This document shows, one piece after another, positions 42,839-54,616 of a stretch of DNA of 64,000 nucleotides (positions are counted from its first letter, which is position 1; the number at the start of each line of letters is the position of its first letter). This stretch comes from Perkinsela sp. CCAP 1560/9. Lineage: Eukaryota > Protista > Euglenozoa: Kinetoplastea. Both the position numbers and the translations under genes were made by a program. The stretch covers positions 2,542,001 through 2,606,000 of the forward strand of contig CBFFSA010000001.1 in NCBI GenBank assembly GCA_965644495.1, written 5' to 3'. The notes under the pieces were generated by a model that saw only the letters and a program-made list of their open reading frames with translations, had not been told where the DNA came from and did no database searches.

Positions 42839-44266
42839 ATGAGCGTTTCCTCCGAAAAGGTTCTCCTCGCCCTCGACGTCATCGACGCCCATTTCGGCGG
42901 CACCGTCACCCCCGTCGCACGACGTCTCCTCCACGCCCCCCTCCCCCTCCCCCTCCGGGACGCCGTTGTCGTCGACAACCTCTCCCCCGCCGCCGCCCTG
43001 GTCGCCCTCGGGGTCTTATTCCAACACAACCTGCTCCTCCTGGGCACCGCCCCCCGCACCCTCGAGCTCAGTGCCCCCCGGGCGTGCCTGCGACTCGCCC
43101 ACGCGCGGTTCCTGCACGCCGCCCAGCAGCGTCTCGGGGTCCCCGGGGAGGTCATCACGGGGCTGTTCCTGGAGCACGGGCGGCTGTCGGAGAGCGCGCT
43201 GCGGGTGCAGCTCGCCTCGCGCTACCCCACCGCGAGCCCCGCGGAGCGCGCGAGCCACATGGGGGCGTTTCACCACATGACGGGCGGGAGTGTGCGCTAT
43301 ATCGTGCCCTGTCTCGCTGTGTCGTTGGGGAGCCCCAACGTTGGGGGGGTGGAGGGGTGTGAGGTGATCGGGGAGGAGGATCTGGAGGGGGAACCGTTGG
43401 TGAAAAGGTGGTGTCCAGAGCAAAGTAGCGCCGAGGGGTGTGAATCGGGAGGGCGGGTACAGCGCCCGGAGAATAAGGAAAGGTCGGTACTGTATCGCCT
43501 GGATCTGATGCAGTTTCTGTATGACCTTCGGTGTGAGGCTATTCTGGGTTATGTGGATACGCTTTTTGTGGATCACAGCGTTTCTCGTACGTTCATGCGA
43601 CGTATGATGGAACTGGATGCCTCCCAGTTGGACCATCTGGAGAGCGCAGAGGGCTTTGCCCCTTTTCCCTCTGACACGACGCCAATTGCGGCGCACTCTT
43701 TGGCACAAAGTTTCGAACAGTCCGGACCGGAGACGGAAAGTTTGCTACAAGGGCTCGCCTCTCCCGCAACAGGGCAATACCTGACGCGGCTCTCGGCTTC
43801 CTCCGGCCAGTCCCTGTACTCTTTAAATCTACGAAAACTCTGCGATGAGATGCGTATTGAGGCCACAGAGAGTGTTCTGCGGCGTCGTTTTCAGCGGGAG
43901 GGACTGCGAATTTTCCGCCTTCTCACGCGGCACAAATTTTTAGAAGACATGGCGATATCGGAACTCGCTAAGATTGCGCCTGAGGTCGTGAGACGTCACC
44001 TGTTTGAGTTACTGCAGTGCGGTTTCGTGCGTACTCAGCGTGTTGCTGCAACGCCTAAAGACTTTCTTCTTTGGGGAATTAATCACACAAATGGCATGTC
44101 ACAAGTGCTACAGAGCACGTACCACACGATACGACTCATGCTTTCTCGATTAAAAGTCGAAAAGGATGTCTCAAGCGATGTGGCACTCACGGATAAAATG
44201 AGTTCAACACTCGCAACTTCTATACTAAATATGATGGATATGGTCTTACTTTTGGAAGTTTTTTAA
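42839..44266 (+). CDS. RNA polymerase III subunit RPC3/C82 (POLR3C)-like
   Basis: IDAHFGG..VARRLL, ALGVLFQHNL, LFLEHGRL, RRF.REGLRIFRLL..KFLE..ISELA; multiple winged-helix pattern. Confidence 0.78.
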   Translation: MSVSSEKVLLALDVIDAHFGGTVTPVARRLLHAPLPLPLRDAVVVDNLSPAAALVALGVLFQHNLLLLGTAPRTLELSAPRACLRLAHARFLHAAQQRLGVPGEVITGLFLEHGRLSESALRVQLASRYPTASPAERASHMGAFHHMTGGSVRYIVPCLAVSLGSPNVGGVEGCEVIGEEDLEGEPLVKRWCPEQSSAEGCESGGRVQRPENKERSVLYRLDLMQFLYDLRCEAILGYVDTLFVDHSVSRTFMRRMMELDASQLDHLESAEGFAPFPSDTTPIAAHSLAQSFEQSGPETESLLQGLASPATGQYLTRLSASSGQSLYSLNLRKLCDEMRIEATESVLRRRFQREGLRIFRLLTRHKFLEDMAISELAKIAPEVVRRHLFELLQCGFVRTQRVAATPKDFLLWGINHTNGMSQVLQSTYHTIRLMLSRLKVEKDVSSDVALTDKMSSTLATSILNMMDMVLLLEVF

Positions 44267-44837
44267 ATGTGTGCAAATGAGCGCGGATGAATAGTATTGT
44301 CGCTTTCCTTTTATTGTACGCCTTATGAATCGTACATGCACTGGACCTGAGATATTTGACTACACAACTTATTGACTACGTACCTTTATACTGTATTCTT
44401 TTTTAAACATGTCTGCAGTACACGCCGAAATTAATTCCTACTTCAGCTATTTTCTGGGACTCGTCATCACATCTCTTTGTATTGTTGCTCCACTTGTGTG
44501 GAATGCGCTGCGATCTAGAGGAATTCTTCGGACCCGCATTCCTTTACCTCTTCGGTGATGCCATGAGGAGCGGATAAACGACGTTTCGCATTCGAATGTT
44601 GGCGAATCGGCCTTTTTGCTAAACGGTATTGGAATGGTTCCCTGTCTGCGGTTCTCTTTTCGCCATCAAATTCAGGATCTGGTAACAAAACATATTCACG
44701 TCTTTGTATTTCTTTTAAAATTCAAAAAAGGAACTTTGGTTATTTACTATCACCGCAGTATATCTCGACGTTTACTATTTGCTATCTAACAGAAACCCTC
44801 TAGCTTAATCCTTCTTATTCGTACCTTTCCACCTACG

Positions 44838-45740
44838 ATGATATGTGATGACTCCATTTGGTCCATCATTGGACTCGGAAAAGACTCCTTCTGTTCCTAC
44901 AAAGTCAAAACCAACACGGGCACCACACTCTGTCGCAACCCCTACAATGTCACCGGGACCTGCTCCCGGTTGTTCTGCCCCCTGGCAAACGCCCAGTACG
45001 CCACGGTGCTGGAATTTGATAAAAAGTTATATCTCTATATGAAGACTGCCGAGAGGGCGCACACCCCACTCTACCTGTGGGAAAAGATTGAACTCCCCTC
45101 TGACTTTCGCGAGGCGCTGCGACAAATCGACTCCCATTTAATCTGGTGGGACAAATCCCTGCGGCTCAAGTGTAAACAACGAGCGCTGCGACTCACCCAA
45201 ATGCTCATTCATCAGCGTAAGGCGGAGGCCATGGAGGAGGGCACGGAGTGGGTGAGGGTGCATAAAAAGGAAGAACGACGTCTCCAGGCTCGAGAGCGCA
45301 AGGCGGGTCGCGCGCTCAAGTCGGATCAAGCGATTCGTACCGAGCTGTTGAAACGGTTACAGGAGGGGCACTACGATACCATTGTGAACTGCGACACTGA
45401 AGCTTTTGAGAAGCTAATCCAGGAGGAGGAAGAGGCGGAGCACCAGAAGGCAATGGAGGCCCTCGAGGACAGGGAAGATGCTGAGGGTAGGTATGTCGTT
45501 GACCAAGATTGGTGCGAAGAGGATGAAATGGAACTTGACGCGTTGCAGCGTACCACGGGAGGGGACATTGAGGATCTTATTGAGAACCCAAAGAATAGAA
45601 AGGCCACTAAGAGTACTGGAAAGAAACGTTCATCTCCCTCTGATCGACCAACTCCTACTAAGCGCGAAAGGGTCGTCGTAAGACAGGAAATGGAATTTGA
45701 GACAGAGGAGGATCAACCAGCGGAATCGCAGCTTGCGTAG
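44838..45740 (+). CDS. MAK16: Ribosome biogenesis protein MAK16
   Basis: DDSIWSII..FCSYK, CRNPYNVTGTCSR..CPLAN.QYATV, YLYMKTAERAH.P..WEKI; acidic C-terminus. Confidence 0.95.
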   Translation: MICDDSIWSIIGLGKDSFCSYKVKTNTGTTLCRNPYNVTGTCSRLFCPLANAQYATVLEFDKKLYLYMKTAERAHTPLYLWEKIELPSDFREALRQIDSHLIWWDKSLRLKCKQRALRLTQMLIHQRKAEAMEEGTEWVRVHKKEERRLQARERKAGRALKSDQAIRTELLKRLQEGHYDTIVNCDTEAFEKLIQEEEEAEHQKAMEALEDREDAEGRYVVDQDWCEEDEMELDALQRTTGGDIEDLIENPKNRKATKSTGKKRSSPSDRPTPTKRERVVVRQEMEFETEEDQPAESQLA

Positions 45741-46143
45741 AGAGAGAGAGAGAGAGAGTGTTGGACTTCTTGTAGCAGATGAAGTGACGTGTTGGGTCAT
45801 ACAACGGCAGTAATGCGGAGCGAAAAAATACGTTGAGAAGTAGAAAAGCTCAAATACGTTGAGAGTATGCATCATTTATTACCCATTTCTACTGCTCTAA
45901 ACTAAAATGCAGCAAAACAATCTTACAGATAATACACAGTGTCCTCCATTTTTGTTTTTTCCGTGGCACTTGTGTACACAATCTCTTAAAAATAAATGAT
46001 TATAACTTGCACATAGCTTATAGATGTCCTTTCACAGATTACTCTTCTCCAATTTATCGCGTCGTCATCATCCCACCCCTTTTTTCTCACTCAACCGCTT
46101 CCGCAGTCAAACTTCATCTCGCAGCACTCATACATTACCACCC

Positions 46144-47142
46144 ATGGCCACCAGTACAGAAATCCCTGTGTCGGATGCACAGGACTACTACTTTGACAGC
46201 TACGCATATTACGGAATTCATGAAAGCATGCTAAAGGACACCGTTCGCACGCGGTCCTACCAGGAGGCTTTTTACCGCAACCCGCACTTGGTGGAAAACA
46301 AAGTTGTGCTGGATGTCGGTTGTGGTACGGGAATTCTAAGTCTCTTTGCCGCTCGATGTGGGGCTCGGAAAGTATATGCTGTCGAGTGCAGCAGTATAGC
46401 GGAGCAAGCCAGGGCAGTCGTAAAAGAGAACCAGCTGGAGAACATCATCACGGTAGTTCAGGGCAAACTGGAGGAGATAACACTCCCGGAAAAGGTAGAC
46501 CTGATCGTCAGTGAATGGATGGGCTACTTTCTGCTCTACGAATCCATGATGAATTCCGTGCTCACCGCTCGAAATCGTTTCGGTGCCGAGAAGGTTCGTA
46601 TCCTACCCGATCGAGCCACGTTGTACCTTGCCGGGATCGAGGATCAGCACTACTGGGAACGCAAGACAACCTACTGGGAGGATATCTACGGTTTTAACTA
46701 TCAATGTGTCCGCCGCCAAGCCATACTCGAGCCTCTTGTGGATGTCGTAAATAAGGAGCAGATTATTTCCAACGTATCCAAGCTCATCACTTTTGACTTA
46801 AACACTGTGGAGATTGCTGATCTCTCGTTCGAGGCTCCTTTTCAACTCACTTTTACCCGTGATGATATAATGCATGCGATCCAGGCCCATTTTGACACTC
46901 TGTTCTCTCTCCACGACAGTGTGTTGCTAAGCACCTCACCCTATGGCACTTCTACTCACTGGAAGCAGACCGTGTTCTACCTGCAAGAGCCACTCCGTGT
47001 CTGTAAAGGAGAAGTATTGCGTGGAACACTGTCTTGTCGCCCAAATGCGATGAATCATCGGGATCTTGATATTCAACTCTCCTTCGAGTTTCGCGGTAGA
47101 CGTGACTCGTACAAGGTTTTACAAGATTATCGCTTGCGATAA
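46144..47142 (+). CDS. PRMT1: Type I protein arginine methyltransferase PRMT1
   Basis: YYFDSYA.YGIHE.ML.D.VRT, VLDVGCGTGIL, SEWMGYFLLYE, THWKQTVFY. Confidence 0.92.
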   Translation: MATSTEIPVSDAQDYYFDSYAYYGIHESMLKDTVRTRSYQEAFYRNPHLVENKVVLDVGCGTGILSLFAARCGARKVYAVECSSIAEQARAVVKENQLENIITVVQGKLEEITLPEKVDLIVSEWMGYFLLYESMMNSVLTARNRFGAEKVRILPDRATLYLAGIEDQHYWERKTTYWEDIYGFNYQCVRRQAILEPLVDVVNKEQIISNVSKLITFDLNTVEIADLSFEAPFQLTFTRDDIMHAIQAHFDTLFSLHDSVLLSTSPYGTSTHWKQTVFYLQEPLRVCKGEVLRGTLSCRPNAMNHRDLDIQLSFEFRGRRDSYKVLQDYRLR

Positions 47143-47530
47143 TTACGCGAGAGGAACACGACGAGATAGTCCCTTTAGATTAAAAGAAATGCCTCTAAAG
47201 CACTACTGTTTTGGCACTGGGCTGGAGTAGTGTAACGCACGTCCAAACATGCTTTGTTTTCTCTTTTCGGTACTAAAATCATTTTAGGAAAATGTTTATC
47301 TTATACTTCTCATCAGGCAACTGGTACTGACAACATACATGTAGAGTTTGTCAGATAGACTACTGAAGTCTTTCGAATATTTCAATATTTCAGATTATTG
47401 GTTCAAAATTTTTTACAGTGAAAGCGAATGGCGTAGTTGCGAGGTTGTCTGGGCAGAAAATCAACGCACACATGAAGAAAAAAGGTCTTTTACCACCAAA
47501 AAAGCATACCCCCCAGTAACAGAGATTTGG

Positions 47531-48793
47531 TTATTTTGGCCCAAAACCCATTCTATTACTGGGGGGTATACGGTATTCTGAGAATTGGGTGTTGAACGTT
47601 GGCACTAAAAATATTCTTTTTTTGACACATACTGTGTTCGATACGAAAACGTACACTGCGTTCGATAATCCAGTGGAAGCGCGAGTAGCCTCTGAGAGAA
47701 TGCGAGATGAAACCTGCGATTTAACTTCCCATTCGAAGACAATCGCGGGTGGCAGTGGCACAACGCTTTTGGAATTAACATGAAATAATCCTGCCAAGAA
47801 AACAGTTACGGTTGATTTGCCGTTAGTTTCAGAAATTTTAAGAGTTTTCGTTCCAATTTGCGTAAGCGTAATACCACGTATTACGCTGTACGTATCACGT
47901 GGGATTACGTAATACCACGTAATACACGTATTTCGCCATCCACACTCATCTCCAAAGGTTTCATCTCAAAAGAAGTCAGAGTATTTGCGAATGCTATGTT
48001 GTGCAAAGAGCTGACGGGACCATCCATGTATGCTCTGAGAAGTGTGTGTTGGCCAAACATAATGCATTCTGCCAAATCTCTGCCAAGTCCATCCAAACAC
48101 ATGCATGTATCTGATACATGTATCTGAAGTGTTGGTAGACACGTTCACGTCTCCGTTCCGTCACTTCTTACGGAAAATCTGAGTGTTTGTTTATTAGATC
48201 AAAGACGTGATCTTTTGAAATATGAAACATACCGTTTTGCAACGCCAGCAAATCCCTATGAACTAACTCCATAGTGCCCTGGCGCTCTGCGTTGAAGCCA
48301 CGTTCTCTTTTCCTTGACGCACCACCTCGATTCAAATGCTTCTGGTAATGTTGTATACCATTCTTTCGAATCCTTGTAATGGTGGGTAACGCAGTCCCAT
48401 ACTTTTTCGCAAGCTTTTTGTTTGAGCAAGAAGATTTACAAATTGAAACCTTCTCTTGCATTGTCAAACTACGCTGAGAAGTAGGATGAACTTCTGGAGC
48501 ACTTGGAAGCGATGGTGCTGCTGGAACTGACGCGACAGAACAGTTGGCCAATAGACCAATACGGGGATGGGGCTCCTATATCCGTACCCAGCAAGTCAAT
48601 TTTCTGGTTTGTGAATTAGGAGGATTTTCAGGGGGGGAGAGCAATGAAGGGGGTAGAATGGTGGGGTTGCCATTCTCTGCTGAAGATTCAGCTGAAGGTG
48701 GGGAGAGAAATGAAGGGGGTTGAATAGGGGGGTGCCACTCTCTGCTGAGGATTGAGCTGAAGGTGGAGAGAGAACCATAATGGAAAAAAACAA
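47531..48793 (-). pseudogene. Degenerate pogo/Tigger (CENP-B-like) transposase relic
   Basis: SLTMQEKVSI....SNKKLAKKYG....TITRIRKN resembles the psq-type HTH; downstream broken frames include ...PLPPAIVF; no TIRs found. Confidence 0.55.
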
Positions 48794-49351
48794 AGAATTT
48801 AAAAAGAACTAATTAAACTACCTAATTAAACAAAACTAGCTATTACGTAGAGTAATGCGTGTGTACTTTAATTTACTACACTTAAAATGTAGTACGTACA
48901 TTTTCCCAACTTTTATTACGGGTTGTCAACTTCTTCTGGGTCGCAAACTTGTATCGCAGGTTGTCCACTTGCACGGTAGGACATTTTTAAAGGTACATGT
49001 GGAGTGAGGTATGTGGAGCGATATAGTATAATCTAATTAATATAGTATAATCTAATTAAAATTTTAATCTAATCATTATTTCACAAAAAGTGGTGGAAAA
49101 TATCTACGGGCGGTACAGAATATGTAATATTACAATCGATAATAAAGATGAAACAAATTTCATGCCTAATGATGAGAATCTGCTAGGGACATTTGATAAA
49201 ACATGAAAAATTATAAGCGAAAAGTAGTTCTACTACTATCTGAATTTGAAGCGGTTGACGCAAACCCGCTTTTTGGGAGGATTTTGCGTCACCTCAGTTC
49301 CGTTATAAAAGAATAGGGTTCGCATTTTTTCGGTTTAAACTTAAGCTACTA

Positions 49352-50197
49352 CTCCCTCTCTCATTAATTTTTATAAATGGATCTCGAGTTATAAAAATTT
49401 AGTTTATGCGGGATCATTAATTTTTATAAATCAGAAATTTATCGAACGCTATTTCTTAATTTTTTTCTAAAACAAAGAATTTTCTGTTATTCTACTTAAG
49501 ATGGATTATTTTGTGAACGTGGATGGACGCGCTTCGAAGAAATTTCTTACAGAAAAGCGCAAATGGTTGATTTCTATACTGGAGGCATAGAAGGCATGTA
49601 ATATCACTTACTTTCTTAAAGAAATGTTTCTTTTATGCGTTTTTAGATGTACCGTCACCCCCCCTCCCTTGACTTAGCCTGCCAAAAAGTCGAAAAAATA
49701 GAAAAAAGCGGATAAGTCGCCCAGCCGACTGCGGGCCTAATTTGTCCGAAGGAGCGTCTTCGTTGCTCGGTCGCAATCCTATGTCGTAATGCATACTGCA
49801 CTGCCGGATCCCAGGAGTTCTTCCACGTAAATTCAACCAGGACAGGTGGAATCGGTCGGGATCGTAAATCTCTAGTTTCAACCCTCTCAGCTTCAGATAT
49901 TAGATTGATTCGTGAAAAAATGCTCATGTAGGGGAAAAGACAATCTTTTTGGGGGGGATTTTCTTTCTGAGATGAAGATACTGATTTTTGTAAAACGCGA
50001 TTCACTGAAAAAGCATGGGGAAGCATGGTCGGGACCTACTCGCGGTCTTCCCTGGCACTACCATCTTACAGATCGTACAACGCCGACCTTTTTTTGGAAT
50101 AGCGGTCATTTATACGGGATCATTAATTTTTATAATTATAATTATAACTCACTTTTTGTTATAATTTATAATTTATAAAAATTAATGAGAGGGAGAG
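49352..50197. mobile_element. MITE, TA TSD, CTCC-type TIR (Tc1/mariner/Stowaway-like), copy 1
   Basis: TA|CTCCCTCTCTCATTAATTTTTATAAAT ... ATTTATAAAAATTAATGAGAGGGAGAG|TA; internal CATTAATTTTTATAA repeats. Confidence 0.8.
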
Positions 50198-50630
50198 TAC
50201 TTACTCTAGCCTTTCTGAAATTTCTGACGTACGCTCCATGAGGTTATCACAGATGTCACCCTGTGGAGATTCGAAATCCTCATGGATATGGGGATCTTTA
50301 TGTGTGTTTTCGAAATTTTAAAAGTGAGAAGGAAATACATCTCTCTTTATACGGAATTTAGAGGCAGTGCCGCGTTTTATTTTAGAAGATTGTTATTGCG
50401 GTAATAACATACATCAATAAATATAACGGTAATAACACCGTTATCAATACCGTTCTAATACCGTATCAATATAAAACGGTCAATGTTATAACGGTGACAA
50501 TATTATCTCTTGAGCTAAAAATATTACCTTTCGGGCCTGTCGGACAGAAAGTACCATTTATTTGTATTTAATATCAGTAAAGTATTAGTAATAAAGTCAA
50601 AAACGTTACATTTTTATCCCGTCTCGCGAA

Positions 50631-52751
50631 ATGTTACGTCGTCTAGTTGCTCCTTCAGCTCTTGGCTGTATTTTTTTTCCTCGGGAAACTTTGAGATGGT
50701 ATATGGCGCTCAACCCCATAACTGGAAATATTTTCAAGTATAGAACGTGTATGGAGGAGCTCGGCGTCGCCGCCGAACAAAGAAAGTACGAAAGTCCGTA
50801 TTGGTTGACAGCTAATCAGCTAAAAACTCTTGTTCAAGGCGGATACGATATTGCTTTGAAAGAAAATCAAACGCCAATTCAACTCGTACAAAAAAAGCGA
50901 CCGAGGCGCAAATTCTCGGATGAGAACAGTACCGAAGAAGCAGAACCAGTTTCTGAAGAACCAGTTGAACCCACTATTAAAGAGTACTACAATGCGGAGC
51001 AAACCACAGACAGTTCTATTATTGAGAAACACGGAAAGCTGGCCCCGCTCTATAAAAAATTCAAATTCGTACCTCGCAATGCCAAGACAAATAAGATGTA
51101 CCCGTTTCCTGGTTGTATGATACTTCGCGTACAACAGATCCGAAATCGGTATAGGAGCGGTCTATGGCTCGCAGAAAATCAAATTGAGAATGAATCTGAC
51201 ATTTCCCTAAAAGAGGACAGCAAACCAGTAAAACTGACATTTATGAAAAAAGAAGAGGACGACAGCTTGACGCCTGTCGAAACTGTTGTCTACCATATCG
51301 ATCAAACTACTGACGCCCGTCGTTTAAAAATAGCACACACTCGCAAGAAGAAAACGGCGTTTAGTGGTCTAACAGGGAAAGAATATGCGCAACACTGTCA
51401 AGAAGCCCTAGTTGATGTGGCTATTACGCAACCCAATTATAGTAAATACTGGGTAACAGCGGGTCAGATGTCCAAATTCATTCCCCCTCTCAAACTAAAA
51501 CCTGATATGAAAGGGGTCCCATTGAAAATGACCGATCTTCGAACTGGAAACAAAGTAGACGTCATGGTGTACAACATTGCGCAACTCGAGAACCGCACCG
51601 TTGTCCAAACGCACATAAAAAAACTCCATGGCCACCCGATTCATTACACCATCCTCTTCATCGGGGGCTTACTCAACAACACCGAGGAGGAGCTTCGCGC
51701 GGTGCTCCAGCAGTACGGCAAAGTGGAGCGTATCCAAGTGAAAACAGGCTTCGCGTTTGCCTATTGCTACTCCAAGTCCGACGCGGAGAATATTGTCTCC
51801 AAGTGCTGCGGGATGTCGCTCGGGGAGGCGCAGAGCCTTCACGTGGAGCTCGCACGGACAAAGTCCCAGACCGCGTGTCGGTCCATGGTGGAGACCGGGA
51901 AGTGTGTGTTCGGGGAGAAGTGCAAGTACAGCCACGACCCGGAGGTGCTGACCCTACGCGGGGGCCGGCGCCGAGGGGGGGCAGAGGAGGAGGGCGGGGA
52001 GCGGGGGGGACGAGGGAGGGGTGGGGGGTGGGGGGAGAGCAGAGGCCGCGGGTGGGGCACTCGAGGAGGGGGAGGGGGAGGCTGGGGGGAAAGTAGAGGA
52101 GGGGGAGGCTGGGGGGAAAGTAGAGGAGGGGGGTGGGGGGCCCCGGGTGGTCGTGGAAGAGGCGGTGGATGGGGTTCGCAGGAGGGAGGCAGAGGGGGTG
52201 GATGGGGTTCGCAGGAGGGGGGCAGAGGGGGTGGATGGGGTTCGCAGGAAGGGGGTAGAGGGGGTGGATGGGGTTCGCAAGAGGGGGGAAGAGGGGGTGG
52301 ATGGGGTTCCTCAGACCGTGGAAGAGGCGGCTGGGGATCCTCGGACCGTGGAAGAGGCGACTGGGGATCCTCCGAGGGTGGCCGAGGGGGTGGATGGGGG
52401 TCCTCAGGCGGTGGACGTGGCGGTGGATGGGGTCCCAGTGCCGGTGGAGGGAAACCTGACGGAGATGGAAGCGCTGCGGGCTGGGGAAAATCCACTCAAG
52501 GCGGAAATGCTGGGTGGGGGAAGACCGGTGAAGGAGGTGGATCGAGTGGAAACTCCGGATGGGGTAAATCAGCGCAAGGAAGTGCCACCGAAGGCTCCTC
52601 GGGATGGGGAAAATCTCCCGCGTCAGGCGGTAGTTCGAGTGGATCAGCGGGTTGGGGGAAGTCTTCTGAGGGCGCGAGCGGAACATCTTCGGGCGGTGGA
52701 TGGGGGAAATCCGGCGCTTCAGCTTCTTCAGGAGGGTGGGGACGTCGATAA
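50631..52751 (+). CDS. Putative mitochondrial nucleic-acid-binding protein: 3x Tc38/ArdC-N-like repeats + RRM + CCCH zinc finger + WG/RGG tail
   Basis: MLRRL targeting-like start; repeats NP.TG..Y.S.YW.T..Q....YYN.EQ; RRM (LFIGGL, GFAFAY); C-x8-C-x5-C-x3-H; ~21 WG motifs. Confidence 0.82.
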   Translation: MLRRLVAPSALGCIFFPRETLRWYMALNPITGNIFKYRTCMEELGVAAEQRKYESPYWLTANQLKTLVQGGYDIALKENQTPIQLVQKKRPRRKFSDENSTEEAEPVSEEPVEPTIKEYYNAEQTTDSSIIEKHGKLAPLYKKFKFVPRNAKTNKMYPFPGCMILRVQQIRNRYRSGLWLAENQIENESDISLKEDSKPVKLTFMKKEEDDSLTPVETVVYHIDQTTDARRLKIAHTRKKKTAFSGLTGKEYAQHCQEALVDVAITQPNYSKYWVTAGQMSKFIPPLKLKPDMKGVPLKMTDLRTGNKVDVMVYNIAQLENRTVVQTHIKKLHGHPIHYTILFIGGLLNNTEEELRAVLQQYGKVERIQVKTGFAFAYCYSKSDAENIVSKCCGMSLGEAQSLHVELARTKSQTACRSMVETGKCVFGEKCKYSHDPEVLTLRGGRRRGGAEEEGGERGGRGRGGGWGESRGRGWGTRGGGGGGWGESRGGGGWGESRGGGWGAPGGRGRGGGWGSQEGGRGGGWGSQEGGRGGGWGSQEGGRGGGWGSQEGGRGGGWGSSDRGRGGWGSSDRGRGDWGSSEGGRGGGWGSSGGGRGGGWGPSAGGGKPDGDGSAAGWGKSTQGGNAGWGKTGEGGGSSGNSGWGKSAQGSATEGSSGWGKSPASGGSSSGSAGWGKSSEGASGTSSGGGWGKSGASASSGGWGRR

Positions 52752-53088
52752 GTCCTGAACTTTATTGTCGGTACGATGGATGGTACCGGCGTAGCAAATT
52801 CCGAAGCTCACATTGTATATGTATTCTCTATTTAGTCCAAGACTTTTATGTTATAACCTTAAAGACGGTGCTCATAGATGGCACTCACGGCGAATTATGT
52901 AGACCAAAGAAGTATAAAAGGCTATAGCGTGGAGTAATGAGACCTTAGTATAACCGATGAGAAATATTACTTGCATGTAAAGTGACAGTCAAGTCACTAT
53001 TCATGACTACTCCATGTTATTTCTAGTCCTCATTTTATGTAGATTAGTTAGGTGTATTACTAACTTAAAGTACCAAGTACTGTGTTAC

Positions 53089-54228
53089 ATGAAAGAATTT
53101 AGGGAGTATCTGATCAGTCTTCCATACGACACCAACTTATCCAACCCGTGTTCTACGCAATTTGAGCACATTTTCCATCAACTGCACCTTGCGAAGGAGG
53201 ACGAATGCGCCCTGCTAAACCTGCCGACGCTTCGTGTGGGTACTCTGGATACCCTACTGGACGCCAGTGATGAGTTAGGCGTAGTCGACTGTGAGATAGA
53301 AGCCACACTACGTACTCTGTTACATCACGCGGAAGAAATCACCGGTAGTTCTCGCCACGAACTTGTGCGCGTTCGTTCTGACCTGACCTGTAAGGAATAT
53401 ATTACCCAGTTTTGCTGGGATGAATCTCGCTTCTGTCCGCGACAGTCTATAGGGTCTCTTCTGATGACGCTACGCTCTGAGGTACAGCAGGGCTACGAGC
53501 GCGTACGACAACAGTTGGCTGCGTACGATGAGCAGCTCAAGGCGTGGAACACCAAGAATGCGCAGCTTTCTGGTAACCTGAGCGTACGTCCTTTGGATAA
53601 CACTATATCGTCATTTTATGAAAAGGGGCATGACAGGGTGGAATCGGACTACCTCACAACCATTTTCGTAGTTCTACCTAACTCGGAGGCCTTAACGTGG
53701 GGAAAAGAGTATGATACACTAATACCTGCCGATTCAGTTCTGCCAGGATCCTCCGAACTCGTTGTATCGGACTCCGAGTACTCTCTCTTTTCGGTAATCT
53801 TGTTCCGCAAGTTTCTTACCGAATTCAAAACAGTCTGTCGTGGTCGCAAGTGGGTTGTGCGAGATGTTAATTCCTCCATCGAATCAAAAGGTTTGTGTTC
53901 TACAAGTGAAGAATCGTACAGTGCAATGGAAGAAAAGAAAGCAAGATTAATACAGATACTCACTACGACATTCTCCATGTGTTACGTGGCGTACGTACAT
54001 CTCAAGATTACTCGTTGTTACGTAGAAAGCGTTTTGAAGTACGGGCTTCCGCCTGAATTTGTCATATTTTTCGTGCATGTGAGTTCGAAAAGGGAAGCTG
54101 ACCTCCGCAAACACATGCAATCCTTGGCTCAGGGAGTAAATTTTGATGAAAAGCATGGTGACAATGATGCACTACAGACTGAATACCCGTATGTAAGCCT
54201 AAAAATGATAAATTTCTTGGCCAAATAG
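53089..54228 (+). CDS. VMA5: V-type ATPase V1 subunit C
   Basis: LPTLRVGTLDTLLDASDEL, F.WDE, GNLSVRPL, ESDYLTT.FVV, HLK..R.YVESVLKYGLPP, YPYV. Confidence 0.92.
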   Translation: MKEFREYLISLPYDTNLSNPCSTQFEHIFHQLHLAKEDECALLNLPTLRVGTLDTLLDASDELGVVDCEIEATLRTLLHHAEEITGSSRHELVRVRSDLTCKEYITQFCWDESRFCPRQSIGSLLMTLRSEVQQGYERVRQQLAAYDEQLKAWNTKNAQLSGNLSVRPLDNTISSFYEKGHDRVESDYLTTIFVVLPNSEALTWGKEYDTLIPADSVLPGSSELVVSDSEYSLFSVILFRKFLTEFKTVCRGRKWVVRDVNSSIESKGLCSTSEESYSAMEEKKARLIQILTTTFSMCYVAYVHLKITRCYVESVLKYGLPPEFVIFFVHVSSKREADLRKHMQSLAQGVNFDEKHGDNDALQTEYPYVSLKMINFLAK

Positions 54229-54616
54229 AGTTTCAATTGGGCTTTATATTCCTTCTTTCATAGTACAGCCTTATTTCGGAATTGGAGAAATCCCTGAATT
54301 GGATAGTTTACGCGGAAGGTGCTGTAGCAGAGTCACACCTACTAGCTTACGTTAGGTTTTTCCTGGTCATTATACACCTATTGGTGTAATTGCACGCACC
54401 AAAAGGTACTCGTATATTTAGAATTTATGCGCTAACTGATAATAAATGAAGTAAGAATGTGTTGTGCTCGTTCTACTTGTATTAGTAAAGCGTCCTTTAT
54501 AAAGCGTCCTTATTTTTTGCTATCATTGCACTAGACTTGTTTCGATACAAGTTTTTATGTACATGGCTAGAGGAATAAATAGGTAGTATTCTTTCTTTTT
54601 CGGGTGAACTTTGATC

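Noticed and set aside
50380-50510. ATAACGGT/ACCGTTAT-rich patch as a MITE
   Set aside because: Inverted iterations are present, but no clear TIR ends or TSD.
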